Source of the DNA: an uncultured Acidobacteriaceae bacterium
GTDB taxonomy: Bacteria; Acidobacteriota; Terriglobia; Terriglobales; Acidobacteriaceae
DNA length: 45,895 nt
Direction: 5' to 3'
Assembly (NCBI GenBank): GCA_964245455.1
Contig: CAXTMW010000003.1
Coordinates: 711-46,605 of the forward strand
This document shows, piece after piece, positions 27,843 to 38,657 of the stretch; the stretch's first letter is position 1, and each line of letters starts with the position of its first letter. The notes below the pieces were generated by a model. The model did not search any database. It saw only the letters and a program-made list of their open reading frames with translations, and had not been told where the DNA came from. The position numbers and the translations under genes are program-made.

Positions 27843-28460
27843 ATGGGCTACACCCATTACTGGGAGCGGGAGCGGACAATCGATCCCGCGACATTTCACT
27901 GGATCACTGCTGATTTCAGCCGCCTGATCCTCCCGCTCCATGACAAGGGCGTCAGCCTTGCAGGGCCGCTTGGCCGTCATGTCGCAGAAATCACAGACGA
28001 TCGCATCGCGTTTAACGGAGTGGCTGACTACGGCCACCCCAGCCAAGAGATTTGCATTCCGCATCCGGATGACGACGCCTGGGGTGTTGGGCATGCAAGT
28101 GATGCTGTGTCGGGTCACGCTTTCCTGCATACGTTGCTGCGCCATCGCGCCTGTGACGGCAATTGCAGCTACGAAACGTTCACCTTTGATCGCGTGCAGC
28201 AACCGCGCTTTGCCGAGGACTCAGACGCAAGCTGCTCCGAATACTGCAAAACAGGCTTTCGACCCTACGACCTGGCCGTGCAGTGCTTTCTCGTGATCGC
28301 AAAACACCATATGCGATACCGAATCAAGGTCACGTCCGGTGGGACGGAGCAGCATTGGAAAGAAGCGAAAACGTTCTGTTACACCCACCTTGGCTACCCA
28401 CTCGCGGAGTTCCACATGGATCCCGAGGACGGCCTGATTGAAAGCGACGACCTGAGGTGA
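27843..28460 (+). CDS. Hypothetical protein of the 'MGYTHYW...FNG...ETF...CKT..PYD' type
   Basis: GAGG RBS before ATG 27843; motifs MGYTHYW, IAFNG, SYETFTF, YCKTGFRPYDLAV. Confidence 0.75.
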   Translation: MGYTHYWERERTIDPATFHWITADFSRLILPLHDKGVSLAGPLGRHVAEITDDRIAFNGVADYGHPSQEICIPHPDDDAWGVGHASDAVSGHAFLHTLLRHRACDGNCSYETFTFDRVQQPRFAEDSDASCSEYCKTGFRPYDLAVQCFLVIAKHHMRYRIKVTSGGTEQHWKEAKTFCYTHLGYPLAEFHMDPEDGLIESDDLR

Positions 28461-28484
28461 TGGGCACAGACAATCGGCGCAGGC

Positions 28485-28559
28485 TGGTGGGCACAGCAGG
28501 ATTCGAACCTGCGGCTTCCACCGTGTGAAGGTGGCACTCTACCGCTGAGTTATGCGCCC
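28485..28559 (-). tRNA. tRNA-Val (anticodon CAC)
   Basis: GGGCGCATAACTCAGCGGTAGAGTG-CCACC-TTCACAC-GGTGG-AAGCC-GCAGGTTCGAATCCTGC-TGTGCCCACCA; full cloverleaf with encoded CCA. Confidence 0.97.
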
Positions 28560-28685
28560 TGAGAACGGAGGCCGGGCGTCTCTCCAGAGAGCAGCCGGCA
28601 GCCTGACTATAGCATTCGCGTCGTCTCGGCTCAATCTCGTCCGGCACACTCCGCACGCGGGTAGAATGACCGGGATACCTGTCCC

Positions 28686-29579
28686 ATGGACTCTTCCGAA
28701 CAGTTCGGCCCTCGCATGCACGCAGCTGTCGGTCAGGTCCACCTCAGGGCTCCCGGTGAGCTGCCCGCTCCCCGTCGACGCAATGCGGGCGAAGAAGCGG
28801 GAACCTCCTCCACGGAAAGTCTTGCCGGTCCGGAGGACGAGCAGGTCGCGCAACCTTCGGACGAGGAGCGGGTTGAAGAAGACATGGCTGCCGCGACCCA
28901 TGATTTAAGTCATGACATGACCCAGGGCGTGAGCTTTGATCCGGGCTGGGCCGGAACACCGCGCGTCGCAGGCGACGGGGAAAGTGCCCGGCCGTCTGCG
29001 GCACAGGACGAAAACTCCGACGCGGCCATTATGCTGCGGGTTCGGGATGGCGACGATTCAGGGTTTACCTACCTGATCGAGAAATACCGCAAGCAGATGA
29101 TCCACTACATGTTCCGCATGACCGGGAACCAGGCGGTTGCGGAAGAGCTGGCGCAGGAGGTCTTCCTCCGTGTGTACCGCTCGCGGGAAAGCTACCGTGC
29201 CGAGGCGAAGTTCACCACCTGGCTGTACCGCATCGCGACCAACCTCGGCGTGAATTATGCGCGGGACCACAAGCACGAGAAAGCCGCCCAGAATGTGTAC
29301 CTGGACCAGCCGGATGCCGAAACGGGAACCACGCCGGACGTTGCGGACAGCCGCCTGACGGTGGAACAGAAGCTGCTACGCAATGTGCGGCTCCTCGGGA
29401 TTCGCGCCCACGTGATGGCGCTGCCCGAGCGCCAGCGGCAGGCCGTGCTGATGCACAAATATCAGGAGATGGATTACCGCGAGATCGGTGCCGTTCTCAA
29501 GCTGTCCGAGTCGGCGACCAAGTCGCTGCTGTTTCGCGCCTACCAGACGTTGCGCGAGCGGCTCAAGGAGTACGTCTGA
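28686..29579 (+). CDS. ECF sigma-70 factor (start uncertain; long acidic N-terminal extension)
   Basis: Region 2 AEELAQEVFLRVY...FTTWLYRIATN; region 4 LPERQRQAV...YREIGAVL...KSLLFRAY; TAGAAT -10-like hexamer upstream of ATG 28686. Confidence 0.93.
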   Translation: MDSSEQFGPRMHAAVGQVHLRAPGELPAPRRRNAGEEAGTSSTESLAGPEDEQVAQPSDEERVEEDMAAATHDLSHDMTQGVSFDPGWAGTPRVAGDGESARPSAAQDENSDAAIMLRVRDGDDSGFTYLIEKYRKQMIHYMFRMTGNQAVAEELAQEVFLRVYRSRESYRAEAKFTTWLYRIATNLGVNYARDHKHEKAAQNVYLDQPDAETGTTPDVADSRLTVEQKLLRNVRLLGIRAHVMALPERQRQAVLMHKYQEMDYREIGAVLKLSESATKSLLFRAYQTLRERLKEYV

Positions 29580-29590
29580 AGGAGTCGACG

Positions 29591-30112
29591 ATGCAAAAGC
29601 AAGTGGAGTGCAAGGCAGTCGAAGCTGCCATGCCGGACCTGCTGCTGGACCCCGGCGCCGCGCCTGCCACGGCGCGGCGCCATCTAGGCGCGTGCACGGC
29701 TTGCCAGGCCGAGCTTGCGTCCCTGCGGGAAACGATGCAGATGCTGGATAGCTGGGAAGCGCCTGAGCCTTCACCTTTCTGGAGCTCGCGCATGGGTGCA
29801 CTGCTGCGCGAGGAGCAGGCGCAGCCGCGGCGGGGTTGGGCCGGTATGGTGGAGCGACTTCGCACGCAGCTTTGGGTGACCAATCGCTCACTGAAGCCGG
29901 CGATGGGCGTTGCGGCGCTCAGCCTGGCGCTTGCCGTCGGCGGAGGCACCTGGTTCAGTCTGTCCCCGTTCAACCTATCCACGCCGAACGCCGCGGTGAC
30001 CCCGACGGAGGCTTCAAACACGGTGCGTGACCTGCAGTCGCTCGATGAAAATGCGCAGGTATTTCAGCAGCTTTCCTCGCTGGACGGGCCGGAAAACAGC
30101 GGCACCGACTAG
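29591..30112 (+). CDS. Zinc-binding anti-sigma factor (zf-HC2/ZAS) with one TM helix
   Basis: HLGACTAC (HxxxCxxC), TM helix, GAAGGAG RBS, directly after the sigma gene. Confidence 0.88.
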   Translation: MQKQVECKAVEAAMPDLLLDPGAAPATARRHLGACTACQAELASLRETMQMLDSWEAPEPSPFWSSRMGALLREEQAQPRRGWAGMVERLRTQLWVTNRSLKPAMGVAALSLALAVGGGTWFSLSPFNLSTPNAAVTPTEASNTVRDLQSLDENAQVFQQLSSLDGPENSGTD

Positions 30113-30199
30113 GCCGGGGGACCCGGTACGGGCAGCGGTTATCGCACGGTTTCTCCCCGGGCAGAGCGAAGCAAAACACCAACAGGCAAGGCGGAGGCT

Positions 30200-31003
30200 A
30201 TGAGACAGGCGGGCACAGCGGAAACGGGAGGAGCAGCGCGCGGTCGGCGGCTCCTGCTGGTGTTGCTTGCCGTGGCTCCGCCCCTGCTCGCCCAGCAACA
30301 CGGCAGCAATCCGGGTTCCCAGGGTCCTGGCTCGCAAGGCTTCGGCCAGCACGGTCAAGGCAACGCGCGACCGCAGGGGACCGGTATGCCGCGCTCCCTT
30401 CATGGCTCGGGGAACGGCTCGATCCACGGCTCGAATGACGGCTCAGGCGACGCCCGTCCGCAAATTTCCCGGGAGGCGCCCATCGCCGGCGGATCACCCG
30501 AGTCATCCGGCCACACACTCACCAACGGCGAAGGTTTCCGGTCGGGCCCATCCTCCGGAATCCGTCCACGCGATGGGCAGCACCTCCCTCAGTGGTTCGC
30601 GCAGCATGGAAGCTTGCCGGTCGACCAGCAGGAGCAGGTACTGCGCCGGGAACCGGGCTTTGAGCGCCTGCCGCCGGAGCAGCAGCAGCACCTGGTGGAT
30701 CGGCTGCACCGGCTCAATCTGCAGCCGGCCGCGCAGCGGCAGCGCATGCTCGATCGCAATGAGCGCTTTGAAGCGCTGCCGCCCGAGCGCCAGCAGGAGG
30801 TCCGCGGCGCCGGCCAGGCACTCGGGCAAATGGCTCCCGACCGCCGCGATGCCGTTCGGCAGGCTTTTCGCGATCTCCGCAATCTTCCGGTCGAAGAGCG
30901 TGAAAACGCGCTGAACTCCGCGCGGTTCCAGGCCGAATACTCCCCGCAGGAGCGCACCGTGCTGGGCAACCTGCTCTCGATTGAGCCCTACCAGCCCCGA
31001 TAA
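30200..31003 (+). CDS. DUF3106-like periplasmic helical-repeat protein
   Basis: Signal peptide, Gly/Ser/His-rich linker, repeats FERLPPEQQ / FEALPPERQ / LRNLPVEER; third gene of the ECF operon. Confidence 0.75.
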   Translation: MRQAGTAETGGAARGRRLLLVLLAVAPPLLAQQHGSNPGSQGPGSQGFGQHGQGNARPQGTGMPRSLHGSGNGSIHGSNDGSGDARPQISREAPIAGGSPESSGHTLTNGEGFRSGPSSGIRPRDGQHLPQWFAQHGSLPVDQQEQVLRREPGFERLPPEQQQHLVDRLHRLNLQPAAQRQRMLDRNERFEALPPERQQEVRGAGQALGQMAPDRRDAVRQAFRDLRNLPVEERENALNSARFQAEYSPQERTVLGNLLSIEPYQPR

Positions 31004-31041
31004 AGCTCGCCTGAGTCACATCAGGGCGCTATGCGCCCAGT

Positions 31042-31962
31042 TCAGGCGCGAAAGAAGTTCCGCGCCAGGAACAGCACATTTGCCGGCCGTTCCGCCAGCC
31101 GCCGCATGAAGTACGGGTACCACTCGTGCCCGAATGGGACATAAATCCTCATCCCGTATCCTCGGCTGACCAGGTGCTTTTGCAGGTCGCGCCGTACCCC
31201 ATACAGCATCTGGAACTCGAAGCTCGCCGGCTCTAGCCCGCGCTCGGCCACAAGCTGCTCCACCGCGGCTATCATCCGCGGGTCGTGCGTGGCGATGCCG
31301 TGATATACACCGCTGCCGAGCAGCATCCCGGCCAGCCGCACGTAGTTCGCGTCCACATCGGCCTTGGCCGGGAAGGCAAGCTCCGCCGGCTCCTGGTACG
31401 CGCCCTTGCACAAGCGAATCCGGATACCCTCTCGCAGGAGCATCGCGACGTCCTCAGCCGAACGCCGCAGATACGCCTGGATGACCACGCCTACCGAGCC
31501 CGGGTACTGCCGGTGCAGCCGGCACACCAGGTCGAGCGTCGCCTGCGTGTACGCCGAGCCTTCCATATCCACGCGCACAAAGGTGCCGATCCGCTGTGCA
31601 TGCTCCACCAGGCCAGCCACAATCTGCTCCGCCAGGCCCGGGCTCAGGTCCATCCCCATCTGCGTCAGCTTTACGCTGACGTTGGCCTCGAGCCGGCGCT
31701 CGCCGATCTGATCCAGCAGCCGGTGATAGATGGCAGCAGACTCCTGCGCTTCATCCGGCGTGCGGACGTTTTCACCGAGACTGTCGAGTGTCGCCAACAG
31801 GCCGTCCCGGTTCAGCGCCGTGGTCGCCCGCAGAACATCCTCAATTTCCAGGCCCGCGACAAAACGGCTGGACACGCGACGCCCTGCCGCGGAACTTTCA
31901 GAAAACCGGCGAAGCGGCTGATTCTGCGAAAGCGAAATAAAGGTGGAGCGAAGAAGGGCCAT
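31042..31962 (-). CDS. Monofunctional proline dehydrogenase
   Basis: SVKLTQMG, VRVDMEGS, IRLCKGAY, GIATHD, FEFQMLYG, YVPFG...YFMRRLAERP. Confidence 0.95.
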   Translation of the reverse strand: MALLRSTFISLSQNQPLRRFSESSAAGRRVSSRFVAGLEIEDVLRATTALNRDGLLATLDSLGENVRTPDEAQESAAIYHRLLDQIGERRLEANVSVKLTQMGMDLSPGLAEQIVAGLVEHAQRIGTFVRVDMEGSAYTQATLDLVCRLHRQYPGSVGVVIQAYLRRSAEDVAMLLREGIRIRLCKGAYQEPAELAFPAKADVDANYVRLAGMLLGSGVYHGIATHDPRMIAAVEQLVAERGLEPASFEFQMLYGVRRDLQKHLVSRGYGMRIYVPFGHEWYPYFMRRLAERPANVLFLARNFFRA

Positions 31963-32013
31963 CGGGTCTATCCTTTCACGACTCAGGACACCTGAGCGGT
32001 GCCGCTGCCAACC

Positions 32014-33090
32014 TCAGCCGCCGATGTGCACCATAGTGCGACCGGGCTGCAGAAAGCCATGCTCGCCTATATGGTGCCGCGCTTCCTTTTTCTGAATTGT
32101 CTTTTCTATAAATCCCGCTAGATCGTCATCCGTGCCGCCGGCCCGCAGCACCCCATGCAGGTCGTGATCGAAATGGGAAAACAGGCAGGTGCGGATCTTG
32201 CCGTCTGAAGTAAGCCGCACCCGGCTGCAGGCGCCGCAAAACGCTGTGGATACCGGGGCAATCACGCCGATCTCGCCGATGCCGTCGTCAAAGGTGTACC
32301 GCCGGGCGGTCTCGCTGGGCGCGTTGGCGGGCAAAGCGACCACGGGTCGAAACTCTTCCAGCCGCGCCAACACTTCGCTCAGCGGCACCACGGTATCCGG
32401 CGCCCAAATGCGGTCTTCTTCGAGCGGCATAAATTCGATAAAGCGCACGATCACGCCTTCGCTCCGCGCAAAGCGGGCAAACGGCACGATCTGGTCGTCG
32501 TTCCAGCCGCGCAGCACCACACAGTTCACCTTGACCGGCCCCAGCCCGGCGGCCGCGGCAGCGCGCACGCCGCGCAGCACATGGGCAAAAGCGCCCGGTA
32601 CCCGGGCAATACGCTCAAACGTTTCCGGCTCCACCGCGTCCATGCTGACGGTCACCCGGCTCAGGCCCGCTTCGGCCAGCGGCCGCGCCAGCTGTGCCAG
32701 CAGGTGGCCGTTGGTCGTGATCGCGATATCGAGCGGTTTGCCGTCGATTGTACGAAGCTGCGCCAGCTCCTGCACCAGCTCAACCAGGCCGCGCCGCAGC
32801 AGCGGCTCGCCGCCGGTAAGGCGTACTTTCTCAATGCCGAGCCCGGCAAATACCCTCACCAGCCGCAGGTAGTCTTCCATCGGCAGCTCGCTCGGCGGTG
32901 CCGAGGACTCGCCATTGCGGCAGTACACACAGCGATAGTTGCAGCGGTCGGTCACAGACACGCGCAGGTCCGTGATGCGGCGGCCGAACTTGTCGATCAA
33001 CGCAGGGGACAAGGCATGCCCTACCGCGGCGACCGGGGCTGGTTGCTGGAATGCTTGCGGCACCGGGATGGTGGGGTGAGTCGTAGCCAT
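32014..33090 (-). CDS. moaA: GTP 3',8-cyclase MoaA
   Basis: LRVSVTDRCNYRCVYC, RLTGGEPL, FCGACSRVRLTSDG..RTCL, C-terminal MVHIGG. Confidence 0.97.
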   Translation of the reverse strand: MATTHPTIPVPQAFQQPAPVAAVGHALSPALIDKFGRRITDLRVSVTDRCNYRCVYCRNGESSAPPSELPMEDYLRLVRVFAGLGIEKVRLTGGEPLLRRGLVELVQELAQLRTIDGKPLDIAITTNGHLLAQLARPLAEAGLSRVTVSMDAVEPETFERIARVPGAFAHVLRGVRAAAAAGLGPVKVNCVVLRGWNDDQIVPFARFARSEGVIVRFIEFMPLEEDRIWAPDTVVPLSEVLARLEEFRPVVALPANAPSETARRYTFDDGIGEIGVIAPVSTAFCGACSRVRLTSDGKIRTCLFSHFDHDLHGVLRAGGTDDDLAGFIEKTIQKKEARHHIGEHGFLQPGRTMVHIGG

Positions 33091-33265
33091 GAGGGACTGG
33101 GTATCAGATGCTCGCGCCTGCTCCGGGGAGCCGCGCGAGCCTTCTGCCAGTGTACCGCCGCACCAGCTGCCCCCTTGCGGCTTCCCTTTACAGCACTTCT
33201 ATGGCGTCCTTGCAGTTTTCTTACGCCGGTGAGCGTGAAATAAATCTCGCAGGCGGGAGTTATCC

Positions 33266-33820
33266 ATGCAATCGCTTTCTTCCAGTACTCCGACCGTGCG
33301 CCCTGCACGGTCGTCTGATGTCAGCAACATCTTCCATCTCATTGACAGCATGACCGGCGACGGCACCCTGCTCCGGCGCTCAATTACCGAGATTGAGCAG
33401 CAGATTGAGAGCTTTCTCGTGGCGGACTCAGCCACGGGTGAGTTCCTGGGCTGCGCCGCCCTGCACCGCTACAACGCCCAGCTGGCCGAGATCCGCTCCA
33501 TCGCCGTCCGTCCGGAAGCCCGCGGGCTCGGTGCCGGCGGCATGCTGCTGCAGCGCCTGCTTTGCGATCTTCAGGAGTCCGGCACCGGCTGCGCCTGCCT
33601 GTTTACGCGCATCCCGGAGTTCTTCGCCCACTACGGCTTCCACACCGTGCCGGCAGGCGCGGTGATCGCGAAAGTCGCCAAGGACTGCGTGCGCTGCCCG
33701 CGCCGGCAGCGCTGCGACGAGACTGCCATGGCTCTTGGCGAGCTGCCGCCGTACCCTGTTTCCGTGCTGCCCGCCGCTGTACAGCACGCGCTGGTACAGC
33801 TAAGCAGCCAGCACATATAG
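33266..33820 (+). CDS. GNAT acetyltransferase, short ArgA (N-acetylglutamate synthase)-like
   Basis: LLRRS...GCAALH...LAEIRSIAV...RGLGAG...FFAHYGF...KDCVRCP...CDETAM. Confidence 0.8.
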   Translation: MQSLSSSTPTVRPARSSDVSNIFHLIDSMTGDGTLLRRSITEIEQQIESFLVADSATGEFLGCAALHRYNAQLAEIRSIAVRPEARGLGAGGMLLQRLLCDLQESGTGCACLFTRIPEFFAHYGFHTVPAGAVIAKVAKDCVRCPRRQRCDETAMALGELPPYPVSVLPAAVQHALVQLSSQHI

Positions 33821-33919
33821 CGCCGGCTCATGGCCGATGTTCTTAGGCTTTAAGTAAAGCAGCGCAAACTTTAGCGTGTCGGGTCACGCTCCGAGACAGA
33901 GAGGTCGCCCTAAAAAGGG

Positions 33920-34008
33920 GGTCATCCTGAGGAGCGAAGCGAGGAAGGATCTGCTTCTCTCGCCTAGATGGAGCAAAAAGCAGATCCTTCGCTACGCTCA
34001 GGATGACC
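33920..34008. repeat. REP-like composite palindrome (GTCATCCTGAG...CTCAGGATGAC) between convergent genes
   Basis: Left arm GTCATCCTGAGGAGCGAAGCGAGGAAGGATCTGCTT versus right arm AAGCAGATCCTTCGCTACGCTCAGGATGAC; a decayed half-copy lies at about 34038-34062. Confidence 0.8.
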
Positions 34009-34124
34009 TCGCTGGCTTGACGAAAGTTCACACGACTTCCAGGCGCAGCCGAGGACCTGCTTCCCTCGTCGCACTCAGGAACAAAGCCTCCTCGCTCCCT
34101 CGGTGTACCACTAGGCACTACCCA

Positions 34125-35156
34125 TCAGGGCGCGCTCGTTCCCTGCTCCACCGGCTGGAAGCCACCCTTATTTTCCGGTGCCAGCGGGTTCACTCCAAAA
34201 TCCCAGCCGTCCTGATTCCAGCCATCCCCGCCCAGCAGCTCCAGGAGGCTGTACTGCCCCAGGTTTAGGTCGCTCATCGGCTCCACCCGCATCCAGTGCC
34301 GGCCCGGCAGGATCGTTCGCCGGGTCGCGACCACCTCGGCACTGCCGTCCCGGTCACCGCCGGTCCCAAGCGCCCGCAACTGCTGCGCTGAGGCCGCCCG
34401 CTGGTCCTTCCACACCCGTAAACGTACCAGGGCATAGGTGCTGTTGGGCGAAGCGTGCTCCTTTTTGTCTTCCATCGCCGCGGAGGCCCCATGCGTATCC
34501 ACCACCATCGCGTCCTCACGCGCGTCGCGCGGACCCGCGCTGTCGAGCGCGATAAAGAACACTGGCCGCGCCACGTGGAACGCGACGGCGGCCTTGTACC
34601 CCTGTAGACGAATTAAATCGCGCGCCCCGCGGTCGCCGGAACGCGGGATCGCCGCAGCCTTGACTGTGTGCCCCATGTCTGTGTTCAGGTCGCCGTCGCT
34701 TTGCCGGATGTGCAGCAACGCGGGCACATCCTTGTAGCTGTCGAGCGCCCACACCCCGCTCTCGTTCGGCAAACGCAGCCCGGGCGCGACCTCCGGCTGC
34801 CGGGCGGCCTCGTCGGCCCGCTGCGCGGCGGCCGCACGGTCCAGCTCCGCGGCTTCCTGGCTCGCGGGGCTGCCCGGGTCGGGCACTGCGCCAGGGGCGT
34901 GCTCATGGTTGTAACGCTCGGTCGCCTTCCAGTCGATCAGCTCCGACGGCAGCTCTTCCCAGCCGTCATCCCGCTCGGCCGAGTGAAACCGCACGCGGTC
35001 CCCCTTGACTTCGTAGCGCAGCACCACCTGGTAGGTGCCGTCTTTCAGGATCAGGCGCTCGCGCCCGGGCGCGTCCTGACCGGTGGCATCCGGGGCCGGC
35101 GCGCCGAGCGCAAGCGCAAGCGCAAGAAGAAGGATCGCTGTGAAGCCGCACCGCAT
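34125..35156 (-). CDS. Exported hypothetical protein
   Basis: Signal peptide MRCGFTAILLLALALALGA; 343 aa with high-GC3 codon use; follows the upstream membrane gene. Confidence 0.8.
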   Translation of the reverse strand: MRCGFTAILLLALALALGAPAPDATGQDAPGRERLILKDGTYQVVLRYEVKGDRVRFHSAERDDGWEELPSELIDWKATERYNHEHAPGAVPDPGSPASQEAAELDRAAAAQRADEAARQPEVAPGLRLPNESGVWALDSYKDVPALLHIRQSDGDLNTDMGHTVKAAAIPRSGDRGARDLIRLQGYKAAVAFHVARPVFFIALDSAGPRDAREDAMVVDTHGASAAMEDKKEHASPNSTYALVRLRVWKDQRAASAQQLRALGTGGDRDGSAEVVATRRTILPGRHWMRVEPMSDLNLGQYSLLELLGGDGWNQDGWDFGVNPLAPENKGGFQPVEQGTSAP

Positions 35157-35168
35157 ACCGAAATGCTA

Positions 35169-36863
35169 CTACTGGGCGGGCGGGCTTTCGTCGGCTGCGC
35201 CGCGCCGTACATACACCCGGAAACCCAGGTATCCCGGCTCAAAGACGCCGAACTCCTGCTGCGACACCAGCACGTAATGCTGCCGCAGGTAGGCGTCAAA
35301 CCAGGGCCACAGCGCAAGCTTTCGGTAGCCGTCCGGCCCCTCCGGGAACAGCACATTGGACACGAGCATGACCCGCGGCGCGCCGTAGGCCGCAAGCTGC
35401 GCTTGAAAGCGCTGCTGCGACAGCCGGACAGCCTCCGGGAGCCTCTGCCCAGGCAGCGGCCCCGTCGTGCGGACCGCCCACCCGGAGGGCGTTTGCGGGA
35501 ACAGCGATTCGTCGTAGAGGGTGCCCGTCGCCTGCTCCAGGTGCAGGGCGAGTAGGGTGTCTGTGCAGCCGGAAACCGTGTCGATGCACTGCACTTGCCG
35601 GTCCAGCGACTCGATCCCTCCGGGACCGGCTGCTACCCCCAGCGCCTGCGCCATGGCCGGCACGGCCGGTGTGGCAGAGTGCGACTGCGCCGCTCCGCGC
35701 AGATAGCTTGGCGCGCACAGGCATACGCCAAACAGCAGCCCGCCTGCGCCCAGCGCCCGCATCACAACGCGCGGGCTCCTGGCGGCTGCCGTGAACTCCA
35801 ACCCGGCAAGCAGAAACAGAAACGCGATGTACGGGTATCTGTGGTACGGGTAGCCCTTGCCCTGGTACAGAAACGCAAACAGCCCGAGCGCCACACAGAG
35901 CAGGAGCAAAAATCGCTCTGCCCCGCCATACCACTCGCCCATCAGCTCGGCGCTCCACGCGCGCCGCAGGCTGCTGAACCAGTACCGTTCCAGGGCAAAC
36001 AGCGGCAGGAGAAAACACAGCAGCTTCGCCACAGACGGCAGCGTGCTCTGCCGGAGTAGCTGCGGCAGTGGACCGTCGTGCAGGCCGGCGTGGTACGGCA
36101 GCATGATGCGCAGTACCTGCAGGAGCGCGCCCGCTGCTTGCCAGTGCAGCAGAAAAACCAGCACCCCCAGCGCGGGCAGGAGCAGGCCCGCGCCCGCAGC
36201 AGCCATCAGGCGCCATCGATCCTGCGCCCGCGACGCCACCAACGGCAGCATGAGCAACAGCCATACAGCGGCGAGCGGCTTGATGGTGCAAGCCGCACCT
36301 ACCAGCAAACCGAACAGGCCGGCCCGCCGTGCTGCCTCCATCCTGTCCAAGCTCCGCATCGCCGCGAGCAGTGCCCCAACCGCCCACAGCAGCAGCATCG
36401 TCAGCCAAAGGTCCCGCTGGCCGGCATGCTCCATACCGTCGCGTCCGTGGTAGAGCGCAAGGAGGCTCCCGCCGAACACCCCCGCGAACCATCGGCGCCG
36501 CCCGGCGATCTTTACCATCGCCGAGACCGCCAGCAGCTCGACCGCCGCGTCCATGACGCGCCACATACCAGGCTCAGACAGGTGCAGGCCGGAGGCCAGC
36601 CGCGTCGGTACCCATCCCGATACCCATCCCGACACCCACTCCGGCACATACGCCCCCGGCAGGTTGTAGTCGCTAATCTCCCGGTACGGCGGGAGCCCGC
36701 GCTTCATCAGGAAAACCACGTAGTGCATCAGCGCCGGGTCGTTCACCAGCGGCCATCGTCGCGTGGTCCAGAACAGCAGGCCCATGCAGACCATCAGGAC
36801 CAGCGCACCCGCCGGCGCGCCGGCGGCTCGGGCCAAGTCCCATCCGAAGCGTCGTTTGCTCAT
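35169..36863 (-). CDS. Polytopic membrane protein, GT-C (ArnT/PMT)-like glycosyltransferase
   Basis: About 10 hydrophobic segments; first-loop motif NDPALMHY...PYREISDYNLPG, later IKP, soluble C-terminal domain. Start uncertain. Confidence 0.6.
   Translation of the reverse strand: MSKRRFGWDLARAAGAPAGALVLMVCMGLLFWTTRRWPLVNDPALMHYVVFLMKRGLPPYREISDYNLPGAYVPEWVSGWVSGWVPTRLASGLHLSEPGMWRVMDAAVELLAVSAMVKIAGRRRWFAGVFGGSLLALYHGRDGMEHAGQRDLWLTMLLLWAVGALLAAMRSLDRMEAARRAGLFGLLVGAACTIKPLAAVWLLLMLPLVASRAQDRWRLMAAAGAGLLLPALGVLVFLLHWQAAGALLQVLRIMLPYHAGLHDGPLPQLLRQSTLPSVAKLLCFLLPLFALERYWFSSLRRAWSAELMGEWYGGAERFLLLLCVALGLFAFLYQGKGYPYHRYPYIAFLFLLAGLEFTAAARSPRVVMRALGAGGLLFGVCLCAPSYLRGAAQSHSATPAVPAMAQALGVAAGPGGIESLDRQVQCIDTVSGCTDTLLALHLEQATGTLYDESLFPQTPSGWAVRTTGPLPGQRLPEAVRLSQQRFQAQLAAYGAPRVMLVSNVLFPEGPDGYRKLALWPWFDAYLRQHYVLVSQQEFGVFEPGYLGFRVYVRRGAADESPPAQ
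36609..36644. repeat. In-frame 12-nt tandem duplication (WVSG WVSG WVP)
   Basis: TACCCATCCCGA x2 followed by a degenerate CACCCACTCCGG. Confidence 0.75.
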
Positions 36864-36963
36864 CCGGCCCTGCCCCTTGCACCCCCAAAACTTGGGAAGC
36901 GTCTGCGATACTAGATCGTACCCGCCCGCTTTTCCCCGGGTACACATCGAACGCGCGCTCTAG

Positions 36964-38646
<1,683 letters not shown>

Positions 38647-38657
38647 TTGCGCATATC

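Noticed and set aside
33235-33252. ARG-box-like AT-rich stretch upstream of the ArgA-like gene
   Set aside because: Spacing and symmetry do not match TGAAT-N4-ATTCA.
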